Assembly: GCF_000315625.1 (NCBI RefSeq)
Contig: NW_005434640.1
Coordinates: 612,979-676,978 of the forward strand
DNA: 64,000 bases
Source of the DNA: Guillardia theta CCMP2712
Lineage: Eukaryota; Protista; Cryptophyta
Reading direction: 5' to 3'
Part shown: positions 56,504 through 64,000 of the stretch, piece after piece
Position numbering within the stretch: position 1 is the stretch's first letter
How the letters are laid out: the number at the start of each line of letters is the position of its first letter
Notes under the pieces: generated by a model
Told to the model about the DNA's origin: nothing
Seen by the model: the letters and a program-made list of their open reading frames with translations, nothing else
Database searches by the model: none
Made by a program: the position numbers and the translations under genes

Positions 56504-59500
56504 TTAACTTCCTTGTAGCTTGTCCTTTCGCACCGTCTTCATCATATCTCTCAGTGATATTCCATGCACATGAACGCGATCAGATACGCTCCTCGTCCCA
56601 ATCAACACTCGTCGCTCTCTCCCTCCGTCTGAGTCTGGTTCTACGTGCCTAGCAATAGTCGCATGCCAGAGGTTCATCGAGCTGCAGAGGGTATGGATCT
56701 GTCTGCGAGCTCTAGCAGGCAGGAATGGCAGCACCATGATCGTCGTCTCCTCTTGTTTCAGTCTCCGTGCAAAAGTTTCGCAAACGTGGTCACCGAGGCC
56801 CGAGAGCCTGCCGGAAAGCAAGAGGTTCTTCACGTTGTAGTCCTCCCGCACGAAACCCTCCTGTGTCATTCCCTGAGAATTCAATTGGACGAGCTTGGCT
56901 GCTTCCCAGCTGAAGTTCTTTCGTAGATCGATCGCAGCGGCCGAGTTGGATGGCTGGAAAGTCCAGAGCGAGAGAACATGCTCGTTTCTTCCTGTTCGAT
57001 CAAAGTGAGGAGGAGGCGGAGAGGTATGCAATGAGGACCTCGCCGATTCGCTTCCATCTTCTCCTCCTCGGTCTCCTCTTGCTCAGCCTGCATGAGAATC
57101 TTGCGCAGGAAGCCCTTGAAAGATTCCATCACACACTCCTCATTGCAGGGCAACAGGCCATCAGCAGAGAGCTCGAGTCGCAGATCTCTGTTTGCGCCTG
57201 TCTTGCTGAGATCTTCCTCTACTGCTGGCATGCCTTTGCTCCCTTCGCTCTCATCGGGTTGCAACTCAGCTTCTCTCTCCTCAAGCTTCATCCCTTCTTC
57301 GCGGGTGTTGTTTGCACTCGCCTCGATGTCGCCACATATGATCTCTTCCTCCCTTGCTCCACACGAGCACGAGACCTTTTCACGCCCTCTGCACTTGAAA
57401 TCCTCGCACAACGCTTGAGGATGGCACATCTCCTCACACCTGCACGCAGTCAGGTCTCTTCCTTTTCCTACTCACGCTAACCGATGTCCGCAGCTCCTGG
57501 TGGCTCCGCACGTGAGGAAGCAAGAGGAGGAGGGTGAGGGCGAGGGCGAGGGCGAGTCAGGCAAGCAAGAGCCGGCATGGCAGGGCAACGAGCATCGATG
57601 CTTTCCACACCGAAGAGTTTTGTCACAGATTACTATGCAAGGAGGACAGGGAATGCTGCGTGGATGGCAACTGTGAGGGATGATGGGCTGGTGTCCGCAG
57701 GGAGGAGGGACACGGCAGATGTTTGAGCAGAGAGGAAGCGACTTGTCCCCGCATTTGCGTGGAGGCTTGACAGAAGTTGAACCACACGCACAGACAAGAG
57801 ACGTATACACCCACTGCGAGCACTTGCGACACTTGCCCTTGTGGCACCGGTCCTGCTTGCTGGCGTCAAGGTTTGAACGATCAGGGTTGCGAAGTGGGAA
57901 GAGATTTCGAGGTCGAGAAAAGAGGAGAGGGCAGAGGGGAGCGAAGATCCAACCTCGCAGAAGTGAAGGCCGCAGGGCAGCTGCCTGCCGCAGGGCTCCG
58001 GGCAGAGGTGCAGCGGATCGTCACAGCATGCGAGGATACAGACGTGCTGTCCACAGCTGAGCATCTTCCCGCAGGTCTGATTGCAGGACCACTTGAAGCT
58101 TGTGCCTGTCACCTCCTTCAGCGCCTCATCCATGTACGCCTCGGCACAGAGTTCCCTCCTCCTCGCAACCCCGCAGGCGCATGAAGTCTCAACCTGTCGC
58201 AAGCTCATGGCAAGACAAGGATGCATCTTCTCACCACTTGCACGCAAGGTCTGCATGATCCAGCATGACACAAGTCCGGGCAAGTATGTAGCTGAGAGCA
58301 AGAAAGTTTCTTGCCGCAGACGCGTCCACAACCCTCCTCTCCCCTACTTTGTCGCCACTGCTCTCCACACTCTGAACCACAACCGCAATGCGGAACATGA
58401 GATCGGAGGGCATGTGACTTCCTTTCCGCTGCTCCCGCTGCTCCTTCTTCACCCGCAGTCCCCACGCATCCCCGGCAGTTGCTTGCTTGCCTGCAGCGGC
58501 AGTTGAAGAGGGGAACTTGGGAACAGGATCTGCACGGGCCTTCATGGCAGAGCTCGTTGCACCTGGATCAGAAACTTCTAATTAAGAAAGCAGAAGGAGA
58601 ACAAGCAGAAACTGCCAGTACACCTGTGTTCACCGCAAGCAAGAAGCTTCCCGCATTTCTGCTTGCAGACGAGCTTGACGTCGGATCTCGTTTTGCAGGG
58701 CACCGAGATGCTGCTGGCATGAGCGCAGGGAGAGAAGATGGTGATGTTCTTGGAGCAGGGCAGGCACGGGCCGGGATGACATATCATCTCGCATGCATGA
58801 TCGCAACCTCTCGCTGCTCCCCTCACGTCAGTTGTATCGTCACATGATCAAGAGTCTCACTGGTCAAGCGGCAGACATTCCCGCAGGAGAAAGGAATGAG
58901 TGACCTGCTTCTTTCCTGCAGCGAGTGTTTGCTGCACCAGCACATGTCCACATCCCATGCTGCCACCCCTCCTTCCGTGACTTCCTGACACATAGGACAT
59001 CCCCACTGCCCGAGGGAGAGGCCCTCTTCCTCCTGCCTCTCCCCCATCCTCTTCATCCATTCCAACACCTGCAATGTTTTCAATGGGCGCACGGACTGAA
59101 AAGTCTTCATCGTCACCGTGCGTTGGGCCCATTCACGAGCACATCGTTTGTGAAGAAGCGTCCAGCATCTACGACAACTGCAACGATAAGGTATGAGCGC
59201 AAGTTTAGAGGCCGGACAGAGGCCAAGAGAGAGAACGAGGAGGCGGAAGGAGACGATAAGGATCCGGGTAGAGGAGCGCAGACAAAAAGTGTTGAGCATA
59301 CCTCCAAACCTTGTTGCTTAACCTGATTTGATTCAAACAGATCCTGAGAGAAACTTGTGACATTTTCTTTCTAAAATCGCATTCAGCGCATTACGTGCAT
59401 TTATACTTCTCTGCCGCCAAGTCGAGCATTAGGGACGAAGTCAGCTCTGGCAATCGACCATGTTTCTTCTGGAGGGTCTGAATCAAAGACGGAAGCAGCT

Positions 59501-59881
59501 GCTTCCTCTCGCTGCTCTGTCGATCCTTATCGGCGTAGTTGCGCTTTGTGGGGTTCCTAGCGCGAAGGGATCAGTGAGCCACTGAAGGTAAGCCTCCTCC
59601 CCTGCCTGCTCGTGTTGCTGTGCTGGCTGCTGCATGGGTCTGCGTTGTCTGATGCTCGCAATCAGCCGCAGAATGAGGAGCAACAGATGACGAGGATCGG
59701 GGGCCTCACCTGCTCCTCCTCTGATCCTCTCGATGTCTCGTGCGATGCTGAGCGAGGTGGATGCAGCGTGAGGGCAGAGGAAAGGAGCGTCAGTCGCCAT
59801 GTCCCTGCTCCTCATCTCGCTCGTCTCCCCCGCCATCACCAGCACGAGTGCCAGCATGCGCAGTAACGCGCATTCCCGCAT
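56504..59881 (-). CDS. NFX1: NF-X1-type zinc-finger protein (RING/PHD + NF-X1 repeats + R3H) with putative N-terminal signal leader
   Basis: YKCT|ICLNQIRLSNKVWS|CRRCWTLLHKRC..WGCPMCQ; CDHACEMICHPGPCLPC and further CGxHxC..CHxGxC repeats; R3H-like RRQIHTLC. The start at 59881 depends on two inferred 5' introns. Confidence 0.85.
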
Positions 59882-60302
59882 GTTCACATGTGCTGAGGCG
59901 AACCCGAATTCTGGGGGTAGTAGATTCCGGTCAAGAGAGGTCGAAGGAGGGAGAAGCGATCGTTTCTTCTCCGTCTCTCCTTCATACAAAGAAAGAAGAT
60001 GTCAAAGAGAAGAGATGGAAACTCACGTGAAGTTGCGCCGACAAGAGGTTAGGGTTTAGGACGAGTGATCTCAGTGAATGGTTCGTGCGCTAACTTTACA
60101 TACGTGTGACATGCTCACAGCATTCTATCTCGCAGTCTCTTCTGTTTCCTCCGAACAATCTGAGCGATTGCTGCCCTACGCCTGCGGAAGAGGCAGGCTC
60201 GATCGTGGCCGCATGTTGGCATCCGAGCGAGGGCTTGAAGCGTCGAGGGAGTGGTGGATTTGAAACCCTACCAACGAGGTCAGAGGGAGGAGCGAACATC
60301 TC

Positions 60303-61102
60303 TCAAGATCTCACAGCAAAATTGTTCTGAGAGACTGCAGCATCGTCGATTCCCTCCATCGTCAATGGACTTAGATCCATCTGTTCACTGTCACCACGGG
60401 CATAGCGTTTCCTTCCAACCTGTCCGTCATAGAGGTCGTTCTCCGAAGCAAGGTCATCCCAGCCATAGATCCCTCCGCCTGTGCCCGGCCAAGCATTGTT
60501 GTAGGCACTAGTACAGGCATAAGGACAAGCTAGCACTGACCCTCGCTCACCCGTCCACAAAGTTGGCATTCTCGCCGTCCGACGGGTCGTACAAGGACTT
60601 GGTGTCCATGAAATCTGCTCCCCCTGTCTCGTAGAACTGCTGGCTTTCCGCATCGCGCATCATCCTACACAACGGGATCATTCAGAATTAATGACGGATA
60701 TTCCAGCTTCACGCTTGTTTACCTGTCGTCCATTTTCGATTCGCTGTTATCAGCAAGTGCGCGGTTGTTCCAATAACCTACATTTCAGATGCCACAACAC
60801 AGTCAAACATGAAATATCAATAACATATTGAAATTTGATTGGAAGATGAAGAGAAATGTGACAAAAAACACACCTGGCCTTTCCCAATAACCTACATGAT
60901 CAGAAAAGTATCCGGTTCCAATCTGATTGCTCGCCTCCTCGGCGTAACCAGGCTCATCTGCTGCTGCACCATCCCAGAATGTCAACACAGTTTGTTCCCT
61001 TGCTCGTCCCATATGTGCTAGGAGCACCACAACAAGGGCGCATCCTGCGAGCGATGCCGTCCCCAACAACCATTTTTGGGCCGATACCCTGGCCAAAGCC
61101 AT
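60303..61102 (-). CDS. Hypothetical secreted/membrane-anchored acidic, aromatic-rich protein
   Basis: Hydrophobic N-terminus LLGTASLAGCALVVVLLA; exons rich in D/G/Y/W (GYWERP|GYWNN..|..|AYNNAWPGTGGGIYGWDD). Confidence 0.6.
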
Positions 61103-61489
61103 GTCCACCAAGAGACAACCGGAAATGTGGACCCACATCCCCCAACCTGGAAATATGCCGCTCTACGAGCAGAAATCATAGCTCTGCTCCCTGACCATGA
61201 AGTTGAACAAGCCTGGCAACATTCATAGCAGGAGTGAAAGGATCGATCATGGAAAGGGAATGGCATGAGAATTTCAGGAGGCTAAGGGTGGAAGACACGG
61301 AATGGGAAAGCATCAAGACAGCAGCAATCAAGCAACTGCTGGAGGTGCAACACATGCTATGGACGGCAAGAAGGGGACGCGAGTCGACCTAGTCCGATGG
61401 GGGCAGGTGACTCCCGGGGGGCAGGCGCGGCACAGGGGCAAGCCACCTATGGAGCACAGGCGGCAGGGAAGGAAAACAAGCCTAGCATC

Positions 61490-61865
61490 AAGGAGGCAGG
61501 CGCAGCTCATGGTCATGGAGGGAAGAGGTGGGCGACTGGGGGGGGGGAAGGGGGCTGGACAGGCGCAGCTCATAGTCTTGGAGGGAAAGAGGTGGGCGAC
61601 TGGGGGGGGAAGGGGACAGACGCGCAGACGTGGGCGACTGGGGGGGGGAAAGGGACAGGACAGGCCGCAGCTCATGGTCCTTGGGAAGGGAAGAGGTGGG
61701 CGAACTGGGGGGGGAANNNNNNNNNNNNNNNNNNNNNNNNNNNNNNNNNNNNNNNNNNNNNNNNNNNNNNNNNNNNNNNNNNNNNNNNNNNNNNNNNNNN
61801 NNNNNNNNNNNNNNNNCATGGTCATGGAGGGAAGAGGTGGGCGAATGGGGGGGAAGGGACAGGAG
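61490..61865. repeat. G-rich ~60-bp minisatellite (GCAGCTCATGGTC..GAAGAGGTGGGCGACTGGGGGGGG), interrupted by a gap
   Basis: At least four degenerate copies (~61500, ~61564, ~61666, ~61817). Confidence 0.8.
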
Positions 61866-61869
61866 GGGA

Positions 61870-61886
61870 GGGTTTAGGGTTTAGGG
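61870..61886 (+). repeat. Interstitial telomere-type repeat GGGTTTAGGGTTTAGGG
   Basis: TTTAGGG units. Confidence 0.8.
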
Positions 61887-64000
61887 CCGGTTATTTCAGG
61901 CACCATGGCTGCACGCGTGGTGTAGGGGAAGCCGCCAGGGCGCCAAGGAAGCTGCAAGCGAGAGGTTTGTATACGTCAAATAGCTTTCTAAGTATGGTTC
62001 TTCAGTATGATGAAAATGTTCGCAACCTGCTGTATCGGAGATCTTGCCAATACACGCAGAGCGGACTTGTGGATGCCTCTGTCCTCGAAGCTGACCTCGT
62101 CGAGAGGGTGAAGAGCTTCGCGAAGCGTTATCCGAACAGTAGGACAGCCCAGGCTTGCAAGGCTGTGGAGGGATGCACCCCCGACGCTATCGCAGAAGCC
62201 ATCCGCTCGACATGTCAGCAGGCACGACGTGAGCTTCTACAAGAAGCGATGACTGGATGGAGTGACGCATCCAGAGAATGATTTATGCAGCAGATTGAAA
62301 AAGCCAAGAAGGAGAAGGTCGAGACATACACCGCCACAGCAGGCAACGAGGTGACTTCCTTCATCTCCATGACTCTCCTGGGCATCTCCTCGGTGTATGT
62401 CAACCACGAAGAGAAGCTAAAGAAGAAATTCGAAGAGATCGGACTGATCGTAGACTCAGTGCAAGAGAGTAAAGCAATCATGTGGAAGGCTCCGTATAGA
62501 CCCGAGATAGCGAGTGCTGAGGAGATCCCGGTGACTGTTTCCTTCCTCCGCAATGCACAAGCGGAGAAGCTCTGGCAGGGAAGAGAGGACTTCGCGATCG
62601 ATGGTCGCAAGTTCACAGCTGTACATGTGAGCATCGTGCACGATCGATCTTTCAAAATTCGAGCCAAGAGAGGCCCCTGGGGCAAAGGGGGCAGCTTGGC
62701 AGAGCTGACTCACCTGCTAACCTTGGGCGGCATGACAACAGCAGAAATAGCTGATGTCTACCGGTATCAGCTGCTGCGCCAGTCCCTTGCAGCGGTCCAA
62801 CTCCAGCCGCTGGCAGGCATGCTGGTCGCTGGGGCGCCAGGCCAGCAAGTCCACAAAGGCTTAGGTCAGAAAGGCTTCGTCGCTGTAGGGGCCAACGTCC
62901 TGGCATCTGGAGACAGAGGGAGGTGGAGTGGATCGTCTCCTCGAGCTGCCCAGAGGCGAACGATACAGCATTTCGAGCTTTCCGAGAGCCAGCAGAAGAG
63001 AGAAGGCCACACCCAGCTCATGCAAACACAAGATCCCTCATGGCTAAACTACTAGGCAATCTGGATCAACAGGAACACCTAATCCTAAAAGGTAAGGAAA
63101 GTTTCAAAATCAAGGGCGACATAGCAATCATGGACCGGCCCAGAAGTCACACGGGCCAAGAACAAGACATCAAAGAAGCTGAACCTTCCCTTCGCTCGGC
63201 GCCATTTGCGAGGAAAGAAGATGACGATGGAGCCAAGAACCCAGAGAAGACAGAGATCCTACTGCAAATTGCTAAGTATATCAGCAAAACACATAACAGC
63301 TCACTCAACTCGCAAGCTTGGTGGGAACATCTAACCACCGCCATGGCTGAAATTCGAGATAGACAACAAGGCCTTCCGCTGTCGTACGAATTTCTAGAAC
63401 ACTTGGGGATGCTCGCTGAAACAAAACAGTTCAGCAACTGGCCCACCCTCTATCACCCGACAATCCAGGCCGCAACCGATAGCTTGCAGGAAGACGAGGT
63501 TCGACGTGAAATAATATGGATCGACCAACAGGAACAATACCTCAGCTACGCCGCAGGCGAGTCTGGAACAATCTTGATCGGATGGAACCAAACTTGCTTC
63601 AGGAAAGAAATCCCTGACGGCTTCATGCTAGTCGGTAAGGTACCTAAAGGATCAGAAATATGCTACGCTGCAAATTTCTGGAGGACGGGCGATCGGAGCC
63701 TCAGGAAGTCACAAGACGACCTGATTGTCTACTGCAAGGAGTCGGAACAAGAGAGAATAATTGTCCAACTCACAGTACACCTGATCCCTGAACAGGAGGA
63801 GCTACAAGAATACCGAAGGAAGCAAAACGAAAACTATCAAGCCTCGGCCAAACAGGAGAAGAACAGGAACCAAGTGTGGTCCGCAATCCACGGCGACATA
63901 TCACGAAACAGGAAGGGTCGATCAATGTCGATAGGATACAGCACGCAAGACAAGGAAGGAGAGCAGGAACGCGGAGCGATCAAGATACACGGAAAATGCA
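61870..64000 (+). mobile_element. Probable degenerate retroelement (possibly non-LTR), continuing past the window end
   Basis: Intronless, A-rich frames unlike neighbouring genes; first frame broken by an in-frame TGA at 62279-62281; second frame open from ~62755 to 64000, ending in a segment loosely resembling the start of an RNase H fold. No RT motif inside the window. Confidence 0.5.

Noticed and set aside
61490-61865. Possible CRISPR-like array
   Set aside because: Degenerate tandem units without unique spacers, eukaryotic context, no cas genes.
62279-62281. In-frame TGA as selenocysteine or programmed readthrough
   Set aside because: No redox motif or recognisable SECIS; a nonsense mutation in a decaying element is simpler.

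Overview
Gene-dense, intron-rich eukaryotic nuclear DNA from a draft assembly with 4 N-gaps. Short (~40-60 nt) introns, bipartite leader peptides and microsatellite-stuffed introns suggest a cryptophyte alga such as Guillardia or Hanusia (inference, not a database result). By hand-splicing I support about 25 genes: an SNM1/Apollo-type beta-CASP nuclease, a plastid-targeted thioredoxin-like [2Fe-2S] ferredoxin, a CaaX-tailed inositol 5-phosphatase, an APC polyamine/amino-acid permease, an RCC1-PDZ-STPG-EF-hand protein, CZIB/DUF866, ankyrin and Myb proteins, nucleoredoxin, RPE, a mucin-like membrane protein, syntaxin-5, PPCDC, a DapA-family aldolase, GPN2, mitochondrial ATP synthase epsilon, a CH-CH/coiled-coil/Kelch protein, a double-domain sulfotransferase, NFX1 and several hypotheticals. 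A probable degenerate retroelement preceded by telomeric repeats runs off the right end. Best leads: (1) an NFX1 apparently carrying a signal peptide plus a ubiquitin-tail-like (L/I)RGG motif, with LRGG near other N-termini (candidate periplastid/nucleomorph targeting and processing signal); (2) near-strict strand alternation with a TACCC/GGGTA-rich block at each divergent promoter; (3) unusual domain fusions. No CRISPR, rRNA or tRNA was recognised. Exon boundaries and gene ends were inferred by eye and are approximate.
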